Virus record (IMG/VR): IMGVR_UViG_3300008261_000042
Direction: 5' to 3' (one strand)
DNA: 64,000 bases
Origin: a virus
The notes beneath the pieces were generated by a model. The model was not told the origin of the DNA and did no database searches. It worked only from the letters and a program-made list of their open reading frames with translations. Positions 40,288-49,771 of the stretch are shown here, piece by piece (within the stretch, counting starts at the first letter, position 1; every line of letters starts with the position of its first letter). Made by a program: the position numbers and the translations under genes.

Positions 40288-42023
40288 TTACATTTAAAAA
40301 AATTCGCTGGAAGAATTTTCTTTCTACTGGAAATGTCTTTACTGAAATTGATTTAACTAAAAACAAAACCAATCTGATTGTTGGTAAAAATGGAGCAGGC
40401 AAGTCAACCATCTTAGATGCGTTGACTTTTTCTCTCTTCGGTAAACCGTATAGAAAAATTAATAAACCGATGCTAGTCAATAGCATCAACAGTGCCGATT
40501 GCCTCACCGAAACTGAATTTGATATCGGAAACAATCAATATAAAATTGTTCGTGGTATCAAACCAGCTGTATTTGAGATATGGCAAAACGGTGCTTTGCT
40601 TGATCAAAATTCTTCTATCATTGATCAGCAAAAACAACTGGAACAAAACATCCTCAAAATGAATTACAAATCTTTTACTCAGATTGTAGTTCTTGGATCT
40701 TCAAACTTCATTCCTTTCATGCGACTACCTGTTGCATCACGTCGAGAAATCATTGAGGATATCCTTGACATCCAGATCTTTTCTGTGATGAATTTAAATT
40801 TAAAAGAGAAACTTAAATTTGCTAACGATGATATCAAAGAACGTGACTATCAACTCGATATGCTTTCTGAAAAGATTGAAATGCAGAAAGCGTTCATCAG
40901 TGATATTGAAAAGAAAACTGAATCTGAAATAGATAGTAGAAAAGATAAGATCGATGAGTTTAGGATTGAACAACAGTCCCATGATTCATCTATCATTGAC
41001 TTTTCTAATAAAGTATCGGAACTTATAGATCGATCTAAAAGTCATGAAGGTGCTGATGCTAAGCTTAAAAAGCTTACTACTTTAAAAGGGAAGATTCAGC
41101 AGAAGTTTAGTAGCTATCAAAAAGAACATCAGTTCTTCAGTGAGAATGAAAGCTGTCCTACATGTGGTCAGCATATCGATGATGATCTTAAACAGAATCG
41201 ACTTGATAAGATCATGGGTTCTATTACTGATCTCAATAAAGGTTTTGATGAGATCAAACAAACAATTGAAGAAGAAGAAAATCGCCACAAAGAGTTTATC
41301 AATCTACAATCCGAAATCAATGATTACAATTCTAAGATTCATTTCGCTCGCACTACAAATGATCGAATCGAAAGACAGATCAAACAACTCCAACAAGAAA
41401 TCGAAAACCTTAAGAACCAGACAGGATCGGAAGGTGAAGCGTATGCAAAGCTTGACGAGTATGAACAGGAGCAGGCAAATCTAAAGAAACAATTAAGTAT
41501 TGTTAAGGAAGAACGTGAATGTTTGCAAACTGCTGCTATACTGTTGAAAGATAATGGTATCAAAACCAGAATCATTAAACGGTATCTTCCTGTTATGAAT
41601 AAACTCGTTAACGAGTATCTTCAAAACATGGATTTCTATGTTAACTTTACTCTCGATGAAAATTTTGAGGAAACAATCAAATCAAGATATAGAGACATCT
41701 TCTCTTACGAATCATTCTCGGAGGGAGAAAAAGCTCGTATTGATATTTCTCTTCTGCTTACTTGGAGAGCTGTTGCTAAACTTAAAAATAGCGTTGACAC
41801 TAACCTCCTTATCCTCGATGAGATCTTTGATGGATCTCTAGATACTAGTGGTAGTAGTGAGCTTGGTTGGATTCTTAGAAACTTCGACAAGAATACCAAC
41901 GTGTTTGTTATTAGTCACAAAGAAGGAATGGAAGATAAGTTTCATTCTACTTGGCATTGCGAAAAAGTTAAAAACTTCAGTTACGTCAAGGAGACGACTT
42001 TTGAAGTGGCACAGGAGGGGTGA
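40284..42023 (+). CDS. gp46: recombination ATPase gp46 (Rad50-like)
   Basis: GKNGAGKST, CPTCGQ zinc hook, FSEGEKARI, LILDEIFD. Confidence 0.96.
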   Translation: MITFKKIRWKNFLSTGNVFTEIDLTKNKTNLIVGKNGAGKSTILDALTFSLFGKPYRKINKPMLVNSINSADCLTETEFDIGNNQYKIVRGIKPAVFEIWQNGALLDQNSSIIDQQKQLEQNILKMNYKSFTQIVVLGSSNFIPFMRLPVASRREIIEDILDIQIFSVMNLNLKEKLKFANDDIKERDYQLDMLSEKIEMQKAFISDIEKKTESEIDSRKDKIDEFRIEQQSHDSSIIDFSNKVSELIDRSKSHEGADAKLKKLTTLKGKIQQKFSSYQKEHQFFSENESCPTCGQHIDDDLKQNRLDKIMGSITDLNKGFDEIKQTIEEEENRHKEFINLQSEINDYNSKIHFARTTNDRIERQIKQLQQEIENLKNQTGSEGEAYAKLDEYEQEQANLKKQLSIVKEERECLQTAAILLKDNGIKTRIIKRYLPVMNKLVNEYLQNMDFYVNFTLDENFEETIKSRYRDIFSYESFSEGEKARIDISLLLTWRAVAKLKNSVDTNLLILDEIFDGSLDTSGSSELGWILRNFDKNTNVFVISHKEGMEDKFHSTWHCEKVKNFSYVKETTFEVAQEG

Positions 42024-42037
42024 CACCCTCCTTTTTT
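42014..42037 (+). terminator. intrinsic terminator overlapping the next promoter
   Basis: GGAGGG-GTGACA-CCCTCC-TTTTTT; GTGACA...TATACT (42020-42049) is also promoter-like. Confidence 0.7.
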
Positions 42038-42071
42038 ATGGTCTATACTGACTTCAGTTCAGACAAAACCA

Positions 42072-44234
42072 ATGCCCATCAACCACGAAGTCAAAGGCAA
42101 CCTCGCCAAGCTGCTTGCCACCGAAAACCTTGTGATTGAGCACAAGAAGGTAGCTACTGCATCTTTTGATGTAATTAACCGTGTTCTGGTACTTCCTATC
42201 TGGGATCGTGCTTCAGGCACCGTATACGACCTTCTGGTTGGGCATGAGGTGGGTCATGCACTCTATACCCCAGCAGATGATTGGCGTGAGTGTTTGACTC
42301 AACCCATCCCTCCAGATTATGTCAATGTGATCGAAGATGCTCGCATTGAGAAACTGATGAAGCGTAAGTATCCTGGTCTTGCTCGCAGTTTTTACAACGG
42401 ATATCAAGAACTTAATAAGTCAGATTTCTTCTCTATTGCGGATGAAGATATGTCTGCGATGTCTCTTATTGATCGTATCAACCTTCACTTCAAGGTGGGT
42501 GCGTTTGCACTGATTCCTTTTTCTGAGGATGAGAAGCAGTTTGTTGAGATGACAGAAGTGGCAGAAACCTTTGCTGATGTCTTGATGATCTGTGAGCAGA
42601 TTGTATCTTTCCTCAAAGACAAATATAAGGAAGAGCAGATCGAGGTTTCTGTTGACCGTGAAGAAATTATGCAGGGTCATGGTGGACAATCTATGTCTGT
42701 GGATATGGATGGTGATGAATCTTCAGAAGAACCTCAGCAAAAGAAAGAAGAAGGAGATAGTCAGATTGAAGCGGATGAAGATATTGCTACTGGTAAAAAA
42801 GCTGGTGGTCCTTCCGATGAAGAGGTATCTAAAACTCAGCGATCTTTTGATTCTGAGCTGGAATCTCTTACCGATAAAAATTCTCACGGTCATGAAACTG
42901 ACTACGTAGAACTGCCTAAATTTGATATCAATAAAATCGTTGCAGATAATACTTTGCTTCGTAATTATATCAATGAACAGTTTAATCATCAGCAAGCACA
43001 AATTGATAAGCATGTTGATTTGTTTGCAGGAACTGATACTTCATATCGTAACTACAAAAAAGAATCTACTAAGGAAGTAAACTATCTTGTAAAGGAGTTT
43101 GAGTGTAGGAAATCTGCTGATGCTTATGCTCGTGCTTCCACTGCTCGCACTGGAGTTCTTGATACCAAGATGCTTCATACCTACAAGTATAATGAAGATC
43201 TGTTCAAGAAAGTTTCTATCATCCCTGATGGTAAGAATCATGGTCTGATCTTTATTCTTGACTGGTCTGGATCTATGAATGATTATCTTCTGGATACTGT
43301 CAAGCAACTGTTGAACCTTGTATGGTTCTGTCGTAAAGTTCAGATTCCTTTTGAGGTGTATGCATTTACTTACGAGTGGAATGATCGCTATGCCGATCCT
43401 GATGCAGAATGGGATCGTGAAATCTGTGAAAAGAAAGATGGTCACATCATCATCCACAATCGTTTCTCTTTGATGAATATGTTGACATCAAAAACGAATA
43501 GCAAAGATTTTGAAAATGATTGTATCAATCTCTGGCGTCTTGCTGTTCGTCAAGATCGTAAGAGCTACTGCCGTTACAGCTGTCCAGCTGGTTTGGATTT
43601 GAGTGGCACTCCTCTCAATGAAAGCATCATTGCACTACATCAAATTATTCCCATGTTCAAAAACAGGGAGCAACTTCAGAAAGTTAACGTTGTTATCCTT
43701 ACCGATGGCGATGGTAACGGTCTTCAATATAGTGTTGATGTTCGTCGTAAGTATGGTCGTGATGTAGATTATCTTGGTCGTAATACTGTCAATGATTTGA
43801 CTGCTCTTCGTGATCGTAAAACTGGTCACGTTTATCGCAACTTTGATAATGGTCATCGCAATGGTTTGACTACTATTTTACTGGAAAATCTCAAGCACAA
43901 TTTCCCCTTTGTAAATCTGATTGGATTCCGAATTCTTTCTGGTTCTGAATTCAGTTATCTGTTCAGGGGAGTGAATGAAATCTTTAGGAATGGTGATGAT
44001 GCGAAAGTTGCCGCTGCATTTAAAGTGTGGCGAAAGGAGCACTCGTATGAATTCAATGACATTGGATATGATGCTCTGTATACCCTTGCCTCATCTAAGC
44101 TGAACCAGGACACTACGTTTACTGTCACAGAAGATGCCAGCGATGCTCAGATCGCCAAGGCATTCCGTGATACAATGAAGACCAAGCGAACCAGCAAGAA
44201 AATCCTTTCTTCGTTCGCTACCCTGGTCAGCTGA
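42072..44234 (+). CDS. HExxH metallopeptidase-like / VWA domain protein (CobT-like partner of CobS)
   Basis: HEVGH near the N-terminus; LDWSGS MIDAS, GTPL and LTDG VWA motifs. Confidence 0.8.
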   Translation: MPINHEVKGNLAKLLATENLVIEHKKVATASFDVINRVLVLPIWDRASGTVYDLLVGHEVGHALYTPADDWRECLTQPIPPDYVNVIEDARIEKLMKRKYPGLARSFYNGYQELNKSDFFSIADEDMSAMSLIDRINLHFKVGAFALIPFSEDEKQFVEMTEVAETFADVLMICEQIVSFLKDKYKEEQIEVSVDREEIMQGHGGQSMSVDMDGDESSEEPQQKKEEGDSQIEADEDIATGKKAGGPSDEEVSKTQRSFDSELESLTDKNSHGHETDYVELPKFDINKIVADNTLLRNYINEQFNHQQAQIDKHVDLFAGTDTSYRNYKKESTKEVNYLVKEFECRKSADAYARASTARTGVLDTKMLHTYKYNEDLFKKVSIIPDGKNHGLIFILDWSGSMNDYLLDTVKQLLNLVWFCRKVQIPFEVYAFTYEWNDRYADPDAEWDREICEKKDGHIIIHNRFSLMNMLTSKTNSKDFENDCINLWRLAVRQDRKSYCRYSCPAGLDLSGTPLNESIIALHQIIPMFKNREQLQKVNVVILTDGDGNGLQYSVDVRRKYGRDVDYLGRNTVNDLTALRDRKTGHVYRNFDNGHRNGLTTILLENLKHNFPFVNLIGFRILSGSEFSYLFRGVNEIFRNGDDAKVAAAFKVWRKEHSYEFNDIGYDALYTLASSKLNQDTTFTVTEDASDAQIAKAFRDTMKTKRTSKKILSSFATLVS

Positions 44235-44252
44235 GCAGCTGTCCACCCTGAT

Positions 44253-44281
44253 TTGACAGGGGAGAGATTCTCCCCTATACT
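44253..44281 (+). promoter_or_regulatory. sigma70-type promoter
   Basis: TTGACA-17 nt-TATACT; the spacer is an inverted repeat GGGGAGA-GAT-TCTCCCC. Confidence 0.85.
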
Positions 44282-44312
44282 AAGAACATCCCAATCAACG
44301 GAGCCTTTTGTT

Positions 44313-45416
44313 ATGCCTCGCATGTCCCAGATCAACATGAACGAACTGACCGCTTTTATTTCTGAAAACTATGGTAACGATTTCGGCACTAATGCCGTGT
44401 ATGCTGCAGCAAAACATTTTGATGTTTCTCACCCGACTATTGCTAAGCGTCTCGATCAATACAAAGTTGGTCATGGTCGTTGGTCGCTGACTGCTGACCA
44501 ACTTGAGAAAACTTACAATGCACCTGCTGCAGAACCTGCAGTTGAAACTGTGGAAAAAGTAAACCTGATTCCTGAAAAAGATGATAACTTCGTCAGCTTT
44601 GGTAACTTTAGTGACGTTAAGAAAATTATTTCTTCTAACGTCTTCTATCCTGTGTTCATCACTGGCATGTCTGGTAATGGTAAAACTTTCAGTGTGGAGC
44701 AAGCTTGTGCTCAACTAAAGCGTGAGATGATTCGTGTAAACATCACTATTGAAACTGATGAGGATGATCTGATCGGTGGTTTCCGTCTTGTTGATGGAAA
44801 CACTGTGTGGCACAACGGTCCTGTGATTGAAGCTCTTGAGCGTGGTGCTGTTCTGCTGCTTGATGAGATCGACCTTGCTTCTAACAAGATCATGTGTCTT
44901 CAGTCCATCCTCGAAGGTAAGGGCGTGTTCCTGAAAAAAACGGGTCGTTATGTGAAGCCTACCCATGGTTTCACTATCATTGCTACTGCAAACACCAAGG
45001 GCAAGGGTTCTGATGATGGTCGTTTCATTGGCACCAATGTTTTGAACGAAGCATTCCTTGAGCGATTTGCTCTCACCTTCGAGCAGGATTATCCGACTCC
45101 TAAGATCGAGCAAAAGATTCTTGAAAAGCTTTCTGCAAAGCTTGGTGTTCTAGATGAAGAGTTCTGTCAGAAGCTTGCTTTCTGGGCAGAGCAAATTCGC
45201 AAAACCTTCAAGGATGGTGGTGTTGATGAAGTGATTTCCACTCGTCGTCTGACTCACATCATTCGTGCTTATAGCATCTTCAACAAGCGTAAGAAAGCAA
45301 TCGAAGTTTGTGTGAATCGTTTTGATGATGAGACCAAGGAATCGTTTCTTTCTCTCTACAATGCAATTGATGAAAAGGTAGAAACTGTAAATGAAAACCA
45401 AGAAGGAATCATCTGA
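44313..45416 (+). CDS. cobS: CobS-like MoxR-family AAA+ ATPase (start moved to ATG 44313)
   Basis: GMSGNGKT Walker A, LLLDEID Walker B, ATANTKG, NEAFLERF. The track's TTG start at 44253 is the -35 box. Confidence 0.85.
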   Translation: MPRMSQINMNELTAFISENYGNDFGTNAVYAAAKHFDVSHPTIAKRLDQYKVGHGRWSLTADQLEKTYNAPAAEPAVETVEKVNLIPEKDDNFVSFGNFSDVKKIISSNVFYPVFITGMSGNGKTFSVEQACAQLKREMIRVNITIETDEDDLIGGFRLVDGNTVWHNGPVIEALERGAVLLLDEIDLASNKIMCLQSILEGKGVFLKKTGRYVKPTHGFTIIATANTKGKGSDDGRFIGTNVLNEAFLERFALTFEQDYPTPKIEQKILEKLSAKLGVLDEEFCQKLAFWAEQIRKTFKDGGVDEVISTRRLTHIIRAYSIFNKRKKAIEVCVNRFDDETKESFLSLYNAIDEKVETVNENQEGII

Positions 45417-45570
45417 GTTTCACGGGTATGTTGGTAACCTCGCCGTTCTAACGAGCGGCGAGACCGTGAAAATCCTTGGTGGACATCACCTTAAACTGTT
45501 CGTAAAAACACTTGACGGCACAATCAAAGAGTGCTATCATAGTGATCTGTCTTATGTATTGGAGGAATGA
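45391..45570 (+). CDS. small hypothetical protein (59 aa, not in ORF track)
   Basis: MKTKKESSEFHGYVG...YVLEE*; ATGA coupling to the next gene. Confidence 0.5.
   Translation: MKTKKESSEFHGYVGNLAVLTSGETVKILGGHHLKLFVKTLDGTIKECYHSDLSYVLEE
45512..45540 (+). promoter_or_regulatory. sigma70-type promoter for the clamp/clamp-loader genes
   Basis: TTGACG-17 nt-TATCAT with TG extension. Confidence 0.7.
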
Positions 45571-45881
45571 TTATGCAATGGAAATACAATGAGGACAAAA
45601 TCCTCAAGGACATTGAAGAGTATGTGATCAGCACCTATCATGGTCACTACTGCGGTGACGAAGAAGGTTTTGATGACATTCAAACAATTGATCTGATGGC
45701 AGCAAAGAAACTTGCCTCTGGGTTTTGTCAAGCAAACATCCTCAAGTATGGCAGCCGATATGGCGACAAGGATGGGCTTAACAAGCGAGACCTTCTCAAA
45801 GTCATTCATTACGCCATGCTGCTGCTTCACTTTGATAAACACTATTCTCGCACTCAAAACGGTCTCCAGGAGTTTAAATGA
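45567..45881 (+). CDS. conserved hypothetical protein (DUF3310-like)
   Basis: TYHGHY...FCQANILKYGSRYG.KDG..DLLKVIHYA; GGAGG RBS. Confidence 0.7.
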   Translation: MIMQWKYNEDKILKDIEEYVISTYHGHYCGDEEGFDDIQTIDLMAAKKLASGFCQANILKYGSRYGDKDGLNKRDLLKVIHYAMLLLHFDKHYSRTQNGLQEFK

Positions 45882-46543
45882 GTAACGTAACTATTTCTCC
45901 CCAAACAATGATGGTGCTGAAAAACTTCTCCACCATTAATGGTTCTATTCTGATTCGGGAAGGCAACCAGCTAAAAACAATCAGTGTAGGTGAGAACGCT
46001 GTTGCACAATATACTTGTGCAGAAACATTTCCCCAAACTTTTGGTATCTATGATCTAAACCAGTTCCTTGCTGGTCTGTCTCTTTTTGATAATGCAGTTC
46101 TAGATTTTAACAATCCAGAATATGTAACTATTCGTGGTGGTGGTCGTAGTGCCAAGTATTATTTCTCTAGTCCTGAGATTACCCTGAAAGCAGCACCAGA
46201 AAAAGATATTAAATTTCCTGGTGCTGATATGGAATTTACTATTAGTCAGGAAGATATTACTGCACTTCATAAAGCAAGCGCCGTGTATAGCATTGCTGAT
46301 CTCAAGTTTCATTCTATTGGAGGGTCTGTAGTCCTCAGCTTGGTGGATAAAGAGAATGAAACTAGCAATGTATTCTCACTTGAGTTGCCTGGTGATAACA
46401 CTGGCGAGTATGAATTTTTCATGAAGATGGAAAATATTCGATTGCTTCCTGGAAATTATCATGTTAAAATTTCCAAGCATCTGATTACAGAGTGGAAACA
46501 CACTTCTCTCGATCTCACTTATTATATTGCTCTTGAACCTTGA
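45878..46543 (+). CDS. gp45: sliding clamp gp45
   Basis: LKNFSTIN...FGIYDLNQFL...YYIALE. Confidence 0.93.
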   Translation: MSNVTISPQTMMVLKNFSTINGSILIREGNQLKTISVGENAVAQYTCAETFPQTFGIYDLNQFLAGLSLFDNAVLDFNNPEYVTIRGGGRSAKYYFSSPEITLKAAPEKDIKFPGADMEFTISQEDITALHKASAVYSIADLKFHSIGGSVVLSLVDKENETSNVFSLELPGDNTGEYEFFMKMENIRLLPGNYHVKISKHLITEWKHTSLDLTYYIALEP

Positions 46544-47487
46544 TGAATAAGAAATTTTTGTGGGTGGAAGAATATCGTCCTCATACTATTGATGACTGTA
46601 TTCTTCCAGTGAATATTAAAAAATCATTTGAAGGATTCCTTGCTCAGAAAGAAATCCCTAATCTTCTCCTTTGTGGTTCTGCTGGTGTGGGAAAGACCAC
46701 AGTTGCCAAAGCGGTGTGTGATGAGATTGGAGCATCCTACATTGTCATTAACGGTTCGGACGAGGGACGATTCCTGGATACTGTTCGGAACAAGGTCAGG
46801 CAATTCGCCACAACTGTCTCATTGACCTCTGGGGCAGCCCACAAGGTCGTCATTATTGACGAGGCAGACAACACCACCAGCGACGTTCAGCTGTCGCTCA
46901 GGACCGCTGTGGAAGAGTTCCACAGCAACTGTCGCTTTATCTTTACCTGTAACTTCCCAAACAAAATCATTGAACCATTGCACTCACGTTGTACGGTTAT
47001 TGATTTTAAAATTAATAGCACAGAAGTAGATAAACTTCAAGCTAAATTTTTTGTACGTCTCAAAACTATTCTTGATAACAATAGTATTGAGTACGAAGAT
47101 AAAATTTTGATTAAACTAATCAAGCGTTATTATCCAGATTGGAGGAGGCTGATCAATGAAGCACAGAGACACAGTGCCAACGGACGGATTGATTCTTCTA
47201 TTCTTGCTGACATTGCCGACATTAATCTGGATGATTTGGTCCGCTCGCTAAAGAATAAAGAATTTACTACAGTAAAGAAATGGGTTGTTGAAAATATCGA
47301 TAACGATCCTAATCTTGTTTTGCGAAGAATGTATGAGGTTCTTTATGATAATCTTAAACCAGCTTCTATTCCTGAAGCAGTTTTAATTATCGCAAAATAT
47401 CAGTATCAAATTTCTTTTGTTGCTGATCAGGAGATTAATCTTCTTGCTTGCCTTACTGAAATTATGATGAGTTGTGAATTCAAATGA
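46540..47487 (+). CDS. gp44: clamp loader large subunit gp44
   Basis: LWVEEYRP, GSAGVGKTT, IIDEAD, PLHSRC. Confidence 0.95.
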   Translation: MMNKKFLWVEEYRPHTIDDCILPVNIKKSFEGFLAQKEIPNLLLCGSAGVGKTTVAKAVCDEIGASYIVINGSDEGRFLDTVRNKVRQFATTVSLTSGAAHKVVIIDEADNTTSDVQLSLRTAVEEFHSNCRFIFTCNFPNKIIEPLHSRCTVIDFKINSTEVDKLQAKFFVRLKTILDNNSIEYEDKILIKLIKRYYPDWRRLINEAQRHSANGRIDSSILADIADINLDDLVRSLKNKEFTTVKKWVVENIDNDPNLVLRRMYEVLYDNLKPASIPEAVLIIAKYQYQISFVADQEINLLACLTEIMMSCEFK

Positions 47488-48161
47488 AAAACGTTGATGA
47501 GATCATTCAAAATTTAAGAGATAAAGACATTTGGAATGAAGAAATTCTTTCCTATATCGAAACTTTAATTAAGAAAGAAATCTGGACAAACATTGTTATA
47601 GCAGGTAAAGAATATGACGGATATTCTATTTCTAGTCATGGAAATTTGATCTCGCATTTTAAACAAATTAGATCTAACGGGCTTATTGTTACTAAAATAG
47701 TTGATCCAACGATTAAAAAACCTTGTAAATTTTCTCCTTCTAAAGATAAAAATGGTAGAATAACATCAATGTACAAAAAAATTCATTTGCCAAAAGGATT
47801 TTTTGAAGGTACATATCTAGAAAATGAAAATTATTTTTCTCAAGCTAGCACTAGTTTTGCTTATAGAAGAACTCCCCATCAATTAGTTATGGAAGCATTC
47901 CTCCCAATTTTCAAATATCCTCCAAAAAGGTTAGAGTTTTTTTGGAATGATTTAGCGATTGGAGTAAAACAATGGATATATGAATCTGTAATTATAGATC
48001 ATATTGATAATGATCCAACTCATAATTGTATATGGAATTTAAGATATGGTACTGCTGGTGAAAATACCAGATGGGCAAAGGAACATTATGGGGGGAATTT
48101 TACAAACAAAATCAATAGTGCTCCTAAAGTGAAAAAAAATTCTATTCTCTCATTTATTTGA
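47484..48161 (+). mobile_element. free-standing HNH (NUMOD4-like) homing endonuclease gene
   Basis: YSISSHGN N-terminal motif, HQLVMEAF, IDHIDNDPTHNCIWNLRY..AGEN; AT-rich; inserted between gp44 and gp62. Confidence 0.75.
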
Positions 48162-48162
48162 T

Positions 48163-48555
48163 ATGATTAATTTTCAATCCGAAAGTAAAAAATCTGGTGA
48201 TGAGTTTGAAGATTTTGTTGAACAAGATCTTATTAAACGTAATGGAATAATTGTTGGTAAAGATTATTGTGTTCGGAATATTGGCATTGAACTTGATTAC
48301 ATTGCAGATCTTCCATATCGAACAGAGTATGTGGAAGCAAAAGGTGGGAGATCTGGTGGCAAGAAACGACCAGGAGCACAACGAACAGACAATGTAAAGA
48401 AAGCTGTTTGCAATGGTGCGTTACTTAAGTTTTATAAACCAGATGCATATTATGTAATCTATTTTTCTGCTAAACCAAAAGAAGATAGTTACTCTCATAA
48501 TATGATTCTAACAGCTATTCAAGCTGGGTATGTTAATGAGGTTCGTTATCTATGA
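48163..48555 (+). CDS. PD-(D/E)xK nuclease-like protein
   Basis: SGDEFE...ELDYI...YVEAKG. Confidence 0.65.
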   Translation: MINFQSESKKSGDEFEDFVEQDLIKRNGIIVGKDYCVRNIGIELDYIADLPYRTEYVEAKGGRSGGKKRPGAQRTDNVKKAVCNGALLKFYKPDAYYVIYFSAKPKEDSYSHNMILTAIQAGYVNEVRYL

Positions 48556-48716
48556 ATAAGACAACACCTGAAAATGTAGCAGAAGCAAACTGGGCATTGT
48601 TTCGTGCTACAATGAATCTTCCTGCTGCAGCTGCTCATTGTGGCATGACCCAAAAGGAAATGAAAATGACTTTCCGTGAATTTTTGAAGTACCACGAACC
48701 TGATTATGAAAGTTGA
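48552..48716 (+). CDS. small hypothetical protein (54 aa, not in ORF track)
   Basis: MNKTTPENVAEANWALFRATMNLPAAAAHCGMTQKEMK...; overlaps both neighbours. Confidence 0.6.
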   Translation: MNKTTPENVAEANWALFRATMNLPAAAAHCGMTQKEMKMTFREFLKYHEPDYES

Positions 48717-49089
48717 ACTTAAAGATTATCTTTATAGCATCAATCAATCCAAGAAAAATATCATGGATGATCCTGATGCTGTAAAAAGTTACCCGCCTTT
48801 TATTATTAATAAATGTTTAGCTTATCATACTGATAGCATTCTTTATGCTAACGAAATGAATCGTTATCCAGAATTGGATAAGAAGATGCAGTATGACTTT
48901 TATATAAATAGTTTGAAGCCAAGGAAACGATTTAGTCCCTGGGTAAAAAAACAAACACTTGAGCATCTTGAATTAGTAAAAGAGTATTATGGTTATAACC
49001 ATGCAAAATCTCTAGAAGCATTGAGGATTCTCACGACAGAACAACTTGATCTAATTAAACAAGCATTGAATAAAGGCGGAACAAAATGA
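48706..49089 (+). CDS. gp62: clamp loader small subunit gp62
   Basis: YPPFIINKCL...ANEMN...RKRFSPW...VKEYYGY. Confidence 0.92.
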   Translation: MKVELKDYLYSINQSKKNIMDDPDAVKSYPPFIINKCLAYHTDSILYANEMNRYPELDKKMQYDFYINSLKPRKRFSPWVKKQTLEHLELVKEYYGYNHAKSLEALRILTTEQLDLIKQALNKGGTK

Positions 49090-49508
49090 CAACTGACATT
49101 GAAATTAAATGGCAACAATCTGATATGGTAGAAGTTGCTCTGGGTCAACCTGATGATTTTCTCAAGGTTCGTGAGACCCTAACTCGCATTGGAGTTGCTT
49201 CTAGAAAAGAACATAAACTATACCAATCATGTCATATCTTACATAAACAAGGTAAGTATTACATCGTGCATTTCAAAGAACTCTTTGCTCTCGATGGAAA
49301 AAAGACAAATCTTTCTCTCAATGACGTTCAGCGTCGCAATCGTATTATCCAGTTACTTTCTGATTGGGGTCTTATTGAAGTAGTAACTCCAGATAAAATT
49401 GAGGATGTTGCTCCACTCAATCAAATTAAAGTTCTTTCATTTAAAGATAAAGATGATTGGACTCTTGAAAGCAAGTATAATATTGGAAGAAAGAAAACTG
49501 AGGTATGA
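49086..49508 (+). CDS. regA: translational repressor RegA
   Basis: PDDFLKVRETLTRIG...LYQSCHILHKQGKYYIVHFKELF. Confidence 0.96.
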   Translation: MTTDIEIKWQQSDMVEVALGQPDDFLKVRETLTRIGVASRKEHKLYQSCHILHKQGKYYIVHFKELFALDGKKTNLSLNDVQRRNRIIQLLSDWGLIEVVTPDKIEDVAPLNQIKVLSFKDKDDWTLESKYNIGRKKTEV

Positions 49509-49630
49509 GAACATTAACCATGATGGTGTTAACTCCTAACAAAGAAGTTAAGTGGTTAACCATACCATGGGGAAAATCTCATCTTGATTGGTATAGAAAA
49601 CAAGGATATACTATCCTGATGACCGTATAA
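49505..49630 (+). CDS. small hypothetical protein (41 aa)
   Basis: ATGA overlap with regA, GAGG RBS, ends just before a terminator. Confidence 0.45.
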   Translation: MRTLTMMVLTPNKEVKWLTIPWGKSHLDWYRKQGYTILMTV

Positions 49631-49634
49631 AATT

Positions 49635-49662
49635 GTGGGGTTTCCAACACCCCACTTTTTTT
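49635..49662 (+). terminator. intrinsic terminator
   Basis: GTGGGGT...ACCCCAC followed by T7. Confidence 0.8.
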
Positions 49663-49686
49663 ATGATGTGTTATAATTAGTATGTG

Positions 49687-49771
49687 ATGGGTACGTGGTC
49701 AATGACCGCCCATACGCTACGGATGCCGATTAAGGATCCTAATTTAAACCTCGCTTATTTAAGGAGACACC
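49687..49771 (+). promoter_or_regulatory. structured 5' UTR of hsp20, ROSE-like RNA thermometer candidate
   Basis: Three hairpins; the last (CTCGCTT-ATTT-AAGGAG) pairs UCGCU with the SD; extended -10 TGTTATAAT at 49669-49677. Confidence 0.6.

Noticed and set aside
44253-44312. TTG start assigned to cobS by the ORF track
   Set aside because: The TTG is the -35 box of the promoter (TTGACA), so it lies upstream of the transcript start. ATG 44313 with GGAG is more plausible.
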